Assembly: GCA_947629045.1 (NCBI GenBank) | Contig: CANRCF010000001.1 | Span: forward strand, 2,333 to 66,332 | Length of the DNA: 64,000 nucleotides | Direction: 5' to 3' | Origin: an uncultured Clostridia bacterium | GTDB taxonomy: Bacteria; Bacillota; Clostridia; TANB77; CAG-508 | Shown here: piece after piece, positions 28,278-38,311 of the stretch | Layout: each line of letters opens with the position of its first letter | How positions within the stretch are numbered: position 1 is the first letter of the stretch | Made by a program: the position numbers and the translations under genes | The notes under the pieces: generated by a model | What the model was told of the DNA's origin: nothing | Databases searched by the model: none | What the model saw: the letters and a program-made list of their open reading frames with translations, nothing else

Positions 28278-30167
28278 TTAGTTAAATAGTTTTGTTTTCT
28301 TCTTCAATTTAATGGTTCTATTACATTCAATCTCATAAGTATTTTCAAGAATATTTGTATCATAATATTCTACAATTAATTTCCCATCTACTACTTTTGT
28401 TTCTATTATGATATGATTTAAATCTATCATTTTACTATTAAATAATTTCTTAATTATTCTATTATTTGTTTCTGTATCATCTGTTATTTCTTCTACTGCA
28501 TTTAATTTAATTGCTTTTTCTATTAATAAATTTATTGTTTTTTCAAATTTTGGCTTTAGTTCTTCATGTGACTTTAAATTTTGTTCATTTTGTTTTAAAT
28601 TTTCTTCTTTTAAATTTAAGTTTTCATCACTTTGTTTAAAATCATTTTCATTTGAATTTTGCTTATTTGCATTTTCATATATTATTAAAAATCCATAGTA
28701 TCTTAATATATAAAAGTATGAAGCAATTTCTTGTTTCGTTTGTGCTTTTGCAATTTTAATTTCAAAACATTCTAAAAATACAGTAATTAATTCATTTATT
28801 AAATCTTGTTCTTCTTGATTTGCTATTTTATTATTTTTCCCTGTACCTTCTAAATTTAATGTTTCTAAAAAATCATTTTTAATCGTTAGTTCTTCCTTGC
28901 GCGCTACAAATCCTTTAGGCTCTATGAGTTCATTATACTTTTTTATTTGCTTTACAAATTCTTCTCTTTCTGTTTCTAATCTAGTTACCAAATGTCTAAT
29001 ACTAAATATTTTTTCTTTATTAGGGAGCTTTTCATTTCGTTTTCTATATTCTTCTTCAAGTTCTTCCTTGTTATTTATAATTTTATCAATGTCTTCTATT
29101 TTTTTAGTTAATTCTTTTTTCTCTTTTGTTACTTCTTCTAGATAAGCTTTATTATCATTCATTTTTTCAAGTTCAAGTTTAATTTTTTCTTTTCTTTGCA
29201 TCCAAAATCTTTCCTGTGCCATATCAACATTTGATGTCACTTCAATTGCAGTTTTAAAAAATAGTTCTGATAAAAATTTTGCTTTTTTCTCTCCAAAATT
29301 CTGCTTTAAATTTTCATATAAAAGTATAACATAGTCTGCTAAATTACTTTCGTTTTGTTGCCATTCCTTCATAAATTCATATCCTAATAAATACAAAAAT
29401 GTTTGGAAAATTGTATTTACTTTTATATTTTCAATATCTTTTGAAATTATTTCCCATGACCATCCATTAAAGTCTCGTATTATTTCTGATTGATGCATTC
29501 TCATTCCCAAATTTAAAAAGTATGTAATTGGCTTTTCCAATAAACTCTCTTCATCTGGTAAAAATACTATATCTTGCCCAAGTTCTATTATTGCATTTAA
29601 CAAATTAAATTCATTTGCTAATGATATTATTTTTCCTTCTTTTCTTTTTAAAATGTAACCTTTCTTCTTGTTTATTTCCATATTTTGCATTGTTTCTTGT
29701 AATTTTATTGTTAATTTATCTTGGTATATATCAATTGTTTCTTTATCATTTTCATCCCATGGTCTAATATTTTTTTGATTTGTATATTTTTGTTCATTTA
29801 TATATCTTTGCTCATTTGTATATCTTTGTTCATACATACGACTTATAATTTCTGCATTTTCTTCTAAAGCCTGTGCTGTTTCTTTTGCTAAATAGTCTTC
29901 ATTTTCTTCAAGCTTAAAATCCATTAATTCTATTGAATTGCATCTATTATCTATTATGTTTGTTAGATTTTCTAAAAGAATACCTTTATCATATACTTCT
30001 ACTTTTACATTTAAATAATCTTGATAAGCATTTTCAATTTTGTAAAACATGCTTAAAAGAAGGTTTTTGGTCTCCTCTGAGAATTTCTTCTTTTCTAAAA
30101 CCCTCTCTAAAGCATTTGTATAATCTTTTAAATAAATTTTACGTATTCCCTTTTCTTTTCTTTCCAT
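28278..30167 (-). CDS. hypothetical 629-aa coiled-coil-rich protein
   Basis: Long ORF with RBS. Lys/Glu-rich helical segments, internal 6-aa tandem repeat. No family recognised. Confidence 0.6.
   Translation of the reverse strand: MERKEKGIRKIYLKDYTNALERVLEKKKFSEETKNLLLSMFYKIENAYQDYLNVKVEVYDKGILLENLTNIIDNRCNSIELMDFKLEENEDYLAKETAQALEENAEIISRMYEQRYTNEQRYINEQKYTNQKNIRPWDENDKETIDIYQDKLTIKLQETMQNMEINKKKGYILKRKEGKIISLANEFNLLNAIIELGQDIVFLPDEESLLEKPITYFLNLGMRMHQSEIIRDFNGWSWEIISKDIENIKVNTIFQTFLYLLGYEFMKEWQQNESNLADYVILLYENLKQNFGEKKAKFLSELFFKTAIEVTSNVDMAQERFWMQRKEKIKLELEKMNDNKAYLEEVTKEKKELTKKIEDIDKIINNKEELEEEYRKRNEKLPNKEKIFSIRHLVTRLETEREEFVKQIKKYNELIEPKGFVARKEELTIKNDFLETLNLEGTGKNNKIANQEEQDLINELITVFLECFEIKIAKAQTKQEIASYFYILRYYGFLIIYENANKQNSNENDFKQSDENLNLKEENLKQNEQNLKSHEELKPKFEKTINLLIEKAIKLNAVEEITDDTETNNRIIKKLFNSKMIDLNHIIIETKVVDGKLIVEYYDTNILENTYEIECNRTIKLKKKTKLFN
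29778..29831 (-). repeat. 3 x 18-bp in-frame tandem repeat (EQRYTN/EQRYIN/EQKYTN)
   Basis: atttgtatatttttgttc / atttatatatctttgctc / atttgtatatctttgttc read directly. Confidence 0.8.
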
Positions 30168-30206
30168 ACTTTCCTTTTCTTTTCATTAGTTTCTATTTAT
30201 TAATTT

Positions 30207-30369
30207 ATAAACTATAATGACTTTTTGTAGCGCTGCGCAGCGTTCAAACGGAACGAAGTGAAGTGCGCTTGAAGCAACCGACCTTTTGTGTAATAAATTG
30301 TAGAGCATCTACAATTTATTACATAAGAGGTTGCGACAGCAAAGCGCGCATAAAGTTATTATAGTTTAT
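30207..30369. other. GC-rich palindromic/structured intergenic element (candidate structured ncRNA or MITE)
   Basis: Outer 12-bp inverted repeat ATAAACTATAAT (30207-18) / ATTATAGTTTAT (30358-69). Nested pairs GCGCTT/AAGCGC and GCAACC/GGTTGC. Perfect 14-bp apical hairpin 30290-30303/30309-30322. DNA palindrome CGCTGCGCAGCG at 30231-30242. Confidence 0.4.
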
Positions 30370-30373
30370 TCAT

Positions 30374-32806
30374 TTATTCTTGCTCGCTTGCACTTTGTGC
30401 CATTTTAAGTTCTTGCCATCTTTCCTTAGTCATTAAAACTTCTCTTGGTTTGCTTCCTTGATAGCCTGAAATAACACCTCTTTCTTCCATTTGGTCTATA
30501 ATTCTTCCTGCTCTTGCATAGCCTACTTTAAATCTTCTTTGTATGAATGATGTTGAGGCTTGTTTTGTTTCTACTACCGTATCTATTGCTTCCATTAATA
30601 ATGGGTCTGTTCCGTCATCATCAGCTTGCTCTGATTCTAAGTCTTTTTCAGTTTTATTTGCATTTTCTATTTGCTCCATAATATCTTCATTATATGTAAC
30701 TTCACCTTTTGATTTAATAAAGTCTACTATTTTTTCTACTTCTTTATCTGATACAAAAGCTCCTTGAATTCTAGTAGGCTTTGGAGAACCTGCTGGGTAA
30801 AATAGCATATCTCCTTTTCCAAGTAATTTTTCAGCTCCTACCATATCTAGAATTGTTCTTGAGTCTACTTGTGAAGAAACTGCAAATGAAATTCTTGATG
30901 GAATGTTTGCTTTGATAATACCTGTGATTACATCAACAGATGGTCTTTGTGTTGCAATTACTAAGTGCATTCCTGCAGCTCTTGCTTTTTGTGCTAAACG
31001 GCAGATTGAATCTTCTACATCTTTAGATGCAACCATCATTAAATCTGCAAGCTCGTCTATGATGATTACTATTTGTGGAAGAATTCCCATATCTTCTTTT
31101 TGTGCTATTTCATTGTAGCCTTTAATATCTCTAACGCCTTTAGTTGCAAATAATTGATAACGATTTTCCATTTCTTGTACTGCCCATGCTAAAGCACCTG
31201 CTGCTTTTTTAGGGTCTGTAACTACTGGAATAAGTAAATGTGGTATTCCGTTATACACTGAAAGCTCTACTACTTTTGGGTCAACCATAAGTAACTTTAC
31301 TTCATTTGGTTTTGCTTTATATAAAATACTTGAAATTAAAGTGTTAATACATACACTTTTTCCAGAACCTGTTGCACCAGCAATTAAAACGTGTGGCATT
31401 TTTGCAATATCTGTTACTACTGGCTCACCTGCTACGTCTTTTCCAAGTCCAAATGCAAGTTTAGATTTATGGTCTATAAAGCTATCTGATTCTATTATTT
31501 CTCTAAAATGTACCATTTCATTTTCTTTGTTTGGAATTTCAATTCCTACTGCTTGTTTACCTGGAATTGGTGCTTCAATACGTATGCTTTCTGCTGCTAA
31601 GTTTAGTGCTATATCATCTGCTAAATTTGCAATTTTGCTAACTCTTACACCTTCTGCTGGCTTTAGCTCATACCTTGTAATTGCAGGTCCAACAGATACA
31701 TTTTCTACTTTTGCAGAAACACCAAAACTATATAATGTTTTTTGAAGTTTTGTTGCTGTATCTGCTACATTTTTCTTTCCACCTTTGTTTACTTTTTTAT
31801 CAGCTTCACTTAGTAATTGTACTGGTGGAAATTCATAGTTTTCATCCTCTTCTGTTATTGTATGCTCTAATTGTAATACTTCTTTTACTTTATCTTCTTT
31901 TGATTCTTCTACTTGTTTAAATAAATTTGCATCTATAACATCTGGTGAGCTTTGCTCTTGCATTTTATCTGTTTCTTGCACTACTTCTGCTTTAGCTTTT
32001 TTCTTTCCAAAATTTCCGAAGAACGGAATATCAAGTTCATCATCCTCGTGGTCATATTTAGGCTTGTTATCATCTTCGTCTAAATCTATACTTAATTGGT
32101 TTGCAAGTGGTGTGGCCAATTTTTCTGCTTCTTCTCTTTCTCTTAAGCGTCTTTCTCTCTTTGTTTCTTTTCTATCTTCTGCTTTTCCTTCTCCTCTTGC
32201 TTCTACCATTTGTGCTTTTCTTTCTTCATACCTACTTCTAATATCTTCTTTTCGTTCTTCTCGTCTTTCCGCCATAGCATCTAAGAAGTTACTAAGTAGC
32301 TCTGCTGGCCTTATTCCAAAAATGAATACTAATAATATTATAGAAATGCCTACTGCTAAAATTGCTGCACCAGTTTCACCTAATGCACTTATAATAGGAA
32401 GGGCAATAACTGTACCTACTACACCTCCACCTATATTTTTTTCTCCTAGTGTATAAGCATCTTCTAAAATATCTGAAAATTCTTTATTTTCTATTTGAAG
32501 ATTTCCATTACTTACTTGAAATACACTAAGCATAGCAGAAATGCATACTAAGAAAATAGTGTATTGCACTAATTTTCCCATCATATATTCTCTATCATTG
32601 TGGGCCATATATACTGCAATAAGCAGGGTTCCTATTGGAATTATGTATTTAATAAAGCCCATAATTCCTCCAAGTAATGGGCTTAGAAACTGCCCCATAT
32701 TGCCAGATTTTGTATATATTAAAAGCATTAGTAGAATACTTACTAGTACTAAAACTACTACTGCTACATTTTTATCTACTTGATTTTTCTTTTTTCTTCT
32801 TGCCAA
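30374..32806 (-). CDS. ftsK: DNA translocase FtsK/SpoIIIE
   Basis: N-terminal TM domain, charged linker, motor domain (GATGSGKSV, IIIDELADLMM), gamma winged-helix domain. TTG start after GGGAGG. Confidence 0.95.
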   Translation of the reverse strand: MARRKKKNQVDKNVAVVVLVLVSILLMLLIYTKSGNMGQFLSPLLGGIMGFIKYIIPIGTLLIAVYMAHNDREYMMGKLVQYTIFLVCISAMLSVFQVSNGNLQIENKEFSDILEDAYTLGEKNIGGGVVGTVIALPIISALGETGAAILAVGISIILLVFIFGIRPAELLSNFLDAMAERREERKEDIRSRYEERKAQMVEARGEGKAEDRKETKRERRLREREEAEKLATPLANQLSIDLDEDDNKPKYDHEDDELDIPFFGNFGKKKAKAEVVQETDKMQEQSSPDVIDANLFKQVEESKEDKVKEVLQLEHTITEEDENYEFPPVQLLSEADKKVNKGGKKNVADTATKLQKTLYSFGVSAKVENVSVGPAITRYELKPAEGVRVSKIANLADDIALNLAAESIRIEAPIPGKQAVGIEIPNKENEMVHFREIIESDSFIDHKSKLAFGLGKDVAGEPVVTDIAKMPHVLIAGATGSGKSVCINTLISSILYKAKPNEVKLLMVDPKVVELSVYNGIPHLLIPVVTDPKKAAGALAWAVQEMENRYQLFATKGVRDIKGYNEIAQKEDMGILPQIVIIIDELADLMMVASKDVEDSICRLAQKARAAGMHLVIATQRPSVDVITGIIKANIPSRISFAVSSQVDSRTILDMVGAEKLLGKGDMLFYPAGSPKPTRIQGAFVSDKEVEKIVDFIKSKGEVTYNEDIMEQIENANKTEKDLESEQADDDGTDPLLMEAIDTVVETKQASTSFIQRRFKVGYARAGRIIDQMEERGVISGYQGSKPREVLMTKERWQELKMAQSASEQE

Positions 32807-32983
32807 AGTTATTACCTCCCAATTTGCTTTTGTTTAAAATTTAAAATGTTTCTTATGTTTTTATCTAAGAATTAATAATTTTTGAGTTTTTATTTAAGTA
32901 TATTGTTTAAGTTTCTGTTGTGAGCAAAAAAATAGTGGTTTCGGAAATCCAATTTCCGTCCACTGTTTTTCCGAAAATTATTT

Positions 32984-33421
32984 TTACTTTAATTCTTTTC
33001 TATTATCTTGAATTATTTTTAAAGCATCTTGAAGTGCAACTTCAATGCCAGATAAAACACCATCAGCATAGTCTTTTGTTCCTTTTGATATTTCACGTGA
33101 CATCTCATTTGCTGTTTCAATAATTTCTACTTTCTTCTCATAGGCTTTTCTAGTTATTTCGTGTTCATCTATCATAGATATTATTCTATTTTCAGCTTCT
33201 TTAATTATTTCATCAGCTTCATTTTGAGCTTCTACTAAAATTCTTTGTCTTTCTTCTTTTACCCATTTTGCTTGCTTTAATTCTTCAGGTAGTTTTAACC
33301 TAATTTCCTTAATAATGTCTAGTAATTCTTCCTTGTCCACTACACATTTACCAGAAAAAGGTACATTTCTGCTCTTTTCTAATAAATCTTCTAAAGTTTC
33401 TAATAAGGTGAATATTTCCAT
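32984..33421 (-). CDS. hypothetical coiled-coil protein
   Basis: 145-aa charged helical protein with RBS. No confident family. Confidence 0.5.
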   Translation of the reverse strand: MEIFTLLETLEDLLEKSRNVPFSGKCVVDKEELLDIIKEIRLKLPEELKQAKWVKEERQRILVEAQNEADEIIKEAENRIISMIDEHEITRKAYEKKVEIIETANEMSREISKGTKDYADGVLSGIEVALQDALKIIQDNRKELK

Positions 33422-33450
33422 TGTTTTACCCCTTTCAACTTAACACAGTG

Positions 33451-34014
33451 CTACTTCGCTGTAGAGTTTAAGAATATAAGTTTAACTCTACCATACTTTC
33501 TAATATCATAAATGTTTACATTTAAATTTTCTAACTCTTGTAACTCTCTTTTTTCATCATCAGTTTCTATGATTATAATTCCTTCATCTTTTAGTAAATT
33601 TAATGATAATATTTCTTTAACAGAAGCGACTGCAATGTCATATTGATAAGGTGGGTCAATGTAGACAATATCAAATTGCAAATTTTCCTTTTCAAATAAT
33701 TCTAGTGCTTTTTTATAGTCTTTTTCTATTACTGTTGCATTTTCTTTAAGTTTTGTTTTTTCTAAATTATTGTATATCATTTTTACTGCAAGATGATTTT
33801 TTTCACATAAATATGCATGTTTTGCACCTCGGCTTAAAAATTCAATAGCAATAGCCCCACTTCCAGAAAACAAATCTAATATAGTTGCATTTTGTATTCT
33901 TGTTTGTATAATGCTAAATAATGGTTCTTTTACTCTGTCTAATGTAGGCCTTGTTGACATACTTTCTATTGAATTTAATTTTGTCCCTCGTGCTATTCCA
34001 CTAATTACTCTCAT
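33451..34014 (-). CDS. rsmD: 16S rRNA (guanine966-N2)-methyltransferase RsmD
   Basis: RPTLDRVKEPLFSII, LDLFSGSGA, VYIDPPY motifs. Confidence 0.88.
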   Translation of the reverse strand: MRVISGIARGTKLNSIESMSTRPTLDRVKEPLFSIIQTRIQNATILDLFSGSGAIAIEFLSRGAKHAYLCEKNHLAVKMIYNNLEKTKLKENATVIEKDYKKALELFEKENLQFDIVYIDPPYQYDIAVASVKEILSLNLLKDEGIIIIETDDEKRELQELENLNVNIYDIRKYGRVKLIFLNSTAK

Positions 34015-34254
34015 AGTACCCCTATATGATATACAATTATTTTATATTTTTCTGTTTATATGTCAATAGATTTAATGCAAATGTAATATTTTCTTAATGT
34101 TTTTGTAATAATGTTGCCTATCTGTAATAATTCATTTGTATTATATACTATGCCATTTAAAATGTAAAGAAATTTTTTCAAAAATTTTGTGCATTTTTTT
34201 AATTTTGCAAAATTGCATTTAACGCATTTTTATTTTTCATATTTCATAATTATA

Positions 34255-34310
34255 GATAAAGAAAAGAGAACTAAATAAGAACATATTGTCCTTATTATAG
34301 TTCTCTTTTT
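34255..34310 (-). terminator. rho-independent terminator after 34356..34796
   Basis: Long stem AAAAGAGAACTA..TAGTTCTCTTTT with inner AATAAG/CTTATT pairing, T-rich tail on the minus strand. Confidence 0.55.
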
Positions 34311-34355
34311 AGCCTATACTTAGAAACTTTGTTTAAAAACTTAAATCGTCATTAT

Positions 34356-34796
34356 TTAGTCGATTTTTATTTGCCCAATTTTTCTAAGCATCTCAGAATT
34401 TCTAAGAGCTTCCTTTTTCTGTGCTTCGGACAAATGCTCTTTTAAGATATCTTGAATGATATCTAAAAGAATATCGCCATTTATAGCTTTTTCCATTCTT
34501 TCTTCGGATGTCAAAAATAGGAGTTCTTCATAAACGTCGTGCCCTCTGTTGGGATTGAAAGCCCTTTTTACTGCCTCATTTGCAATCTGTGTGCAAAACC
34601 GCTCCTTAAATATAGGAATGATTTTTTCGTATGCAAATTCCTCAGTCTGCTGAAGTTCGATATGACCCAGTATCTTTGAAATTCTGTTCTTGATTTTTTC
34701 TTCTTCTTTTGCGAGCAATTTATTAAGATTGCTTCTTAGAACAGTACCTTCGAAAATTTCGTTTGGTACTATTGTTTGAATTCTGATTTCTGACAT
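34356..34796 (-). CDS. hypothetical protein, compositionally atypical (visibly more G+C than its neighbours)
   Basis: 146-aa ORF flanked by its own terminators. Codon usage includes CTC/GCC/CCC and an in-frame CGG at 34599-34601. No family recognised. Confidence 0.55.
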   Translation of the reverse strand: MSEIRIQTIVPNEIFEGTVLRSNLNKLLAKEEEKIKNRISKILGHIELQQTEEFAYEKIIPIFKERFCTQIANEAVKRAFNPNRGHDVYEELLFLTSEERMEKAINGDILLDIIQDILKEHLSEAQKKEALRNSEMLRKIGQIKID

Positions 34797-34933
34797 AGAT
34801 GTTCACATCTCCTTTAAAAATTATTTTTAAGGTTTATATAAGAACTTGCTCTTGGCAAGATAATAAAAATTATGTATACATTTTATCACGTTTACATTTG
34901 TAAAGCAATGTTTTTACTATATTTTTTCAAAGC

Positions 34934-34970
34934 AAAAACAAGAAGGATAAAAATCCTTCTTGTTTTTTAT
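34934..34970 (-). terminator. bidirectional-looking terminator after divIVA
   Basis: 14-bp stem AAAAACAAGAAGGA / TCCTTCTTGTTTTT with A/T runs on both sides. Confidence 0.65.
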
Positions 34971-34986
34971 TTATAGTTTCTTAACT

Positions 34987-35436
34987 TTATTCTTTGTTTA
35001 CATCTTTTAATAGTTCTAATTGAGATATTAAAAGTGATTCCATTTTTGCTTTATATACATCAAATTCTTTTTGTAAATCCTCTAAATCTTTTTTCTTTAA
35101 TGTAATTTCTTGTTCTAATTCTAATACTTTTTGTTTTGCTGTTGTTTGTGCCTCATTTACAATTTGTTCAGCTTGTTGCTTAGCTAGATTTCTTACATCA
35201 TCTGCTGCTGTTTGTGCCATTACTAATGTATTTTGTAATGTACCTTCTATATTTTTATATTTTCCTATGCTATCTTCTAAATCTTCTAATTTTTCTTTAT
35301 ATTCTGCTACATCTTTATACATTTTTTCGTAATCTTTTGTTAAGTCATCCAAAAAATCGTCTACTTCTTCTACACTATATCCATTCATCATTTGCTTTGA
35401 AAATTTTTTGTTTTCAATATCTAGTGGTGTTAGCAT
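34987..35436 (-). CDS. divIVA: cell division protein DivIVA
   Basis: MLTPLDIENKKFSKQMMNGYSVEEVDDFLD is the canonical DivIVA N-terminus, followed by coiled coil. Confidence 0.9.
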   Translation of the reverse strand: MLTPLDIENKKFSKQMMNGYSVEEVDDFLDDLTKDYEKMYKDVAEYKEKLEDLEDSIGKYKNIEGTLQNTLVMAQTAADDVRNLAKQQAEQIVNEAQTTAKQKVLELEQEITLKKKDLEDLQKEFDVYKAKMESLLISQLELLKDVNKE

Positions 35437-35452
35437 ATTTTTTCCTCCTATT

Positions 35453-35947
35453 TTAGTTAGCTGAATTTCTTAACCAAGAAACTGATAATTTGTTTTTAAT
35501 TTCATCTCTTGCAGTATCATTTTCTATGTCGTAATTAAATGGTGCAATTAAAACTATAGAATTAGAAACTTTTTGCATATGTCCATCTAATGCATGAACA
35601 GCACCTGACACTACATCTATAATTCTTCTAGCAACATCTTTATTTACATATTCTAAATTTACAATTACTGATTTTTTTTGTTTTAATAAATCACAAATAG
35701 TTGCAGCTTGCTCAAAATTAGTTGGTTGAGAAATTACCATTTTTACTTGTTGTGCTTGTGGCATAGCTACTACTTTGCTATTTCTTCTTCCCCATAATCT
35801 TCTTTCTTCGCCAGAATCCTCTTCTTCCTCTTCCTCTATATCTTCTACTTCTTCCTCATTATCTAATTCTTCATCTTTTTCCTCTGCTTGATCCATTCCA
35901 AACCAATTCCATACTTTTTCAACTTTTTCCATAATAGCTCCTGCCAT
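35453..35947 (-). CDS. sepF: cell division protein SepF
   Basis: Acidic linker then the SepF core (VISQPTNFEQAATICDLLKQKKSVIVNLE...RIIDVVSGAVHALDG). Confidence 0.88.
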   Translation of the reverse strand: MAGAIMEKVEKVWNWFGMDQAEEKDEELDNEEEVEDIEEEEEEDSGEERRLWGRRNSKVVAMPQAQQVKMVISQPTNFEQAATICDLLKQKKSVIVNLEYVNKDVARRIIDVVSGAVHALDGHMQKVSNSIVLIAPFNYDIENDTARDEIKNKLSVSWLRNSAN

Positions 35948-36079
35948 CTTTTAAAAACCTCCTAATTAATATTTGTCTTTCGTTTTTTCTGTTACTAGTA
36001 TCTAACTTTTTTATATTATTGTCAATAGTTTTTTGCGTTTGTAATAATAATTTAATACGCCTGTAACAGTTTTGTAATA

Positions 36080-37357
36080 TTATTCTGTCGGATTTCTTAA
36101 TATTTCGTCATATAATGTTAATGTACTTCTATTCTTTAATTCTTCACTAGTATAGCCTAATTCCTGTAATTCCTTTGAAGTATAGTTTTCTACAATAGAA
36201 TATTTATCATTTTGTCTTTTTATTTTTATCAGTATTTTATCTGTATATTCTCCTCTTATTCTAACTAAATATGCTATGTTATTATCTCCCTTTTGTTCAT
36301 AAGCAATTGCATCATTTGGAATTTTTCTTCCACTATCACTCCACCAAATAATGTCTATTGACATTTTTCTATAACTTGTTAGTTCTGATACTTGTTTATC
36401 TATTTTAAAAACTAATACTACTTTTTCTTCTTCTTTTGAAATATATTCAACTTCTGCTGAAATTTCTTGTCCATTTGGTAATCTTAATTTAACTTCATCT
36501 TTTTCTTTTGCATTTTTTGCTTGATCAGATGTTAATATACACGCAATATAGCATTCAAAATTATTTATAATTTTTGCGCTTTCCTTATTATCAGCAATTA
36601 CTTGTCCAGTTTTTATTTCTAAGCTTTCTAAAAACTCTGAGTTTAGCTTACTAAAATCTTTTGGTGTAAGTACATCTTCATATCCATCTACTTTATATGA
36701 TACTATTCCGCTTATTGGTGCTACTAGCTCTTCTGCTCCCTCATTTAATTCGTTTTCGTATTTTTGCCTTTCATCTATTAATTTCTTTAAATACGAGCCT
36801 GCTGAGCTTAATTCTCCCGCTATTCTTGCTTTTTTAGTAATATTATTTGCTATTTCTTTTTTGGCTTCTCTAATTATTTGCATATCATTTACTCTCTGTA
36901 TAGAAGATAATTTGTCTTGTATTTGTTTTTCTATTGTTTTTATATCTCCTGGAAGATTTCCTCCATCTTCTTTTTCCATTGCTTCATCTATTTTTACATC
37001 TAGTTCTTGTATTTTTTTAGTTAAAGCTTCTTCTCCATTTGAATAGTATCGAAAAATTGCATCACCTTTTGCAACTTTTTCTCCTTCCGATTTTTTCTGT
37101 TCCATTCCATTTTTATAATTAGAGCCTTTAACAATACTTTCTTCACGTATTATATAGCTTATTGCTCTTTCTTCTTGATAAATTTTGCCTTGCTCCACCG
37201 TAAAAGTATCAGTCGGATTTTGAATAAATATTATTATTTTGTAAATTATAAATGCAATCATAGCAACTAATAATATACTAATTATCCATAAATACTTATT
37301 GGTAGTAACTTTATTTTTTTTCTTTTTGTTTTTCTTTTTTACTTGCTTATTTTCCAC
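36080..37357 (-). CDS. HlyD-like membrane-fusion/periplasmic adaptor family protein
   Basis: N-terminal TM helix, long coiled coil, beta-barrel-like C-terminus. Family call from architecture only. Confidence 0.55.
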   Translation of the reverse strand: MENKQVKKKNKKKKNKVTTNKYLWIISILLVAMIAFIIYKIIIFIQNPTDTFTVEQGKIYQEERAISYIIREESIVKGSNYKNGMEQKKSEGEKVAKGDAIFRYYSNGEEALTKKIQELDVKIDEAMEKEDGGNLPGDIKTIEKQIQDKLSSIQRVNDMQIIREAKKEIANNITKKARIAGELSSAGSYLKKLIDERQKYENELNEGAEELVAPISGIVSYKVDGYEDVLTPKDFSKLNSEFLESLEIKTGQVIADNKESAKIINNFECYIACILTSDQAKNAKEKDEVKLRLPNGQEISAEVEYISKEEEKVVLVFKIDKQVSELTSYRKMSIDIIWWSDSGRKIPNDAIAYEQKGDNNIAYLVRIRGEYTDKILIKIKRQNDKYSIVENYTSKELQELGYTSEELKNRSTLTLYDEILRNPTE

Positions 37358-38276
37358 TGTATTCCTCCAAAATACATTGTATATTTTCTTCTACTTTTGC
37401 TGTTCCATCAAGCCATATTATATTTTTATCTTTTCTAAACCATGTTAATTGCCTTTTTGCATATCTTCTAGTTTCCATTTTTAATTTTTCTATCATTTCT
37501 TCTTTGGTTAAATCGCCCTTTAAGTATGAAACTACTTCTTTATACCCTAGGCCTTGCATAGCAGTAGGAAACTCTTTATATTTTTTAAGTAAATGTTCTA
37601 CTTCCTCAATTAAACCTTGTTCTATCATCATGTCTACTCTTTGATTTATTCTGCTATATAGTTTTTCTCTATCCATTGTAATGCCAAATACTATATACTC
37701 ATATTGTGGTGGTATTAATTTTGATTCTTCTTCTATTTTAGTTTTAGTTTTACCAGTTTGATGGTATATTTCTAATACTCTCATTATTCTTTTCTTATCA
37801 TTTTTGCTAATGATAGTCATTGATTTTTCGTCAATTTTATTAGCCTCTTCCCAAAGTTTTTCTAATCCTTCTTTTTCAATCTTTTTTTCTAATTCATTAC
37901 GATAATTTACGTCTACTCCTATTTCTGGATATTCAATGTTTTGTGTTAATGAATTAACGTATAATCCAGTTCCTCCTACGACAATTGGAATTTTACCATG
38001 TTCTAAAATTGTAGAAATTGCTTTTAAAGCTTCTTTTTTGAAGTCCGCTACACTATACCTTTCATTTGGTGCAACAAAATCAATTAAATAATGTGGTATA
38101 CCTTGCATTTCTTGTATTGTTGGTTTTGCAGTTCCTATTGTCATATCTTTATATATTTGCATTGAGTCACATGATACTATTTCTCCACCTATTTTTTTTG
38201 CAAGTTCTATAGATAGCCCTGTTTTTCCTGAAGCCGTTGGCCCACATATTATAATTACTTTTGGTTTTTCCTGCAT
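37347..38276 (-). CDS. miaA: tRNA dimethylallyltransferase MiaA
   Basis: VIIICGPTASGKTGLS, DSMQIYKDM, GGTGLY motifs. ATG 38276 follows GGAGA. The ORF-track frame opens at 38303. Confidence 0.93.
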   Translation of the reverse strand: MQEKPKVIIICGPTASGKTGLSIELAKKIGGEIVSCDSMQIYKDMTIGTAKPTIQEMQGIPHYLIDFVAPNERYSVADFKKEALKAISTILEHGKIPIVVGGTGLYVNSLTQNIEYPEIGVDVNYRNELEKKIEKEGLEKLWEEANKIDEKSMTIISKNDKKRIMRVLEIYHQTGKTKTKIEEESKLIPPQYEYIVFGITMDREKLYSRINQRVDMMIEQGLIEEVEHLLKKYKEFPTAMQGLGYKEVVSYLKGDLTKEEMIEKLKMETRRYAKRQLTWFRKDKNIIWLDGTAKVEENIQCILEEYSGK

Positions 38277-38311
38277 TGCTTGTCTCCATTTCTCTTTTTC
38301 CAAATTTAAAA

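Noticed and set aside
30207-30369. Simple rho-independent terminator of ftsK
   Set aside because: It is far larger and more elaborate than a terminator and is not followed by a U-tract on the ftsK strand. It is kept as a candidate ncRNA or MITE instead.
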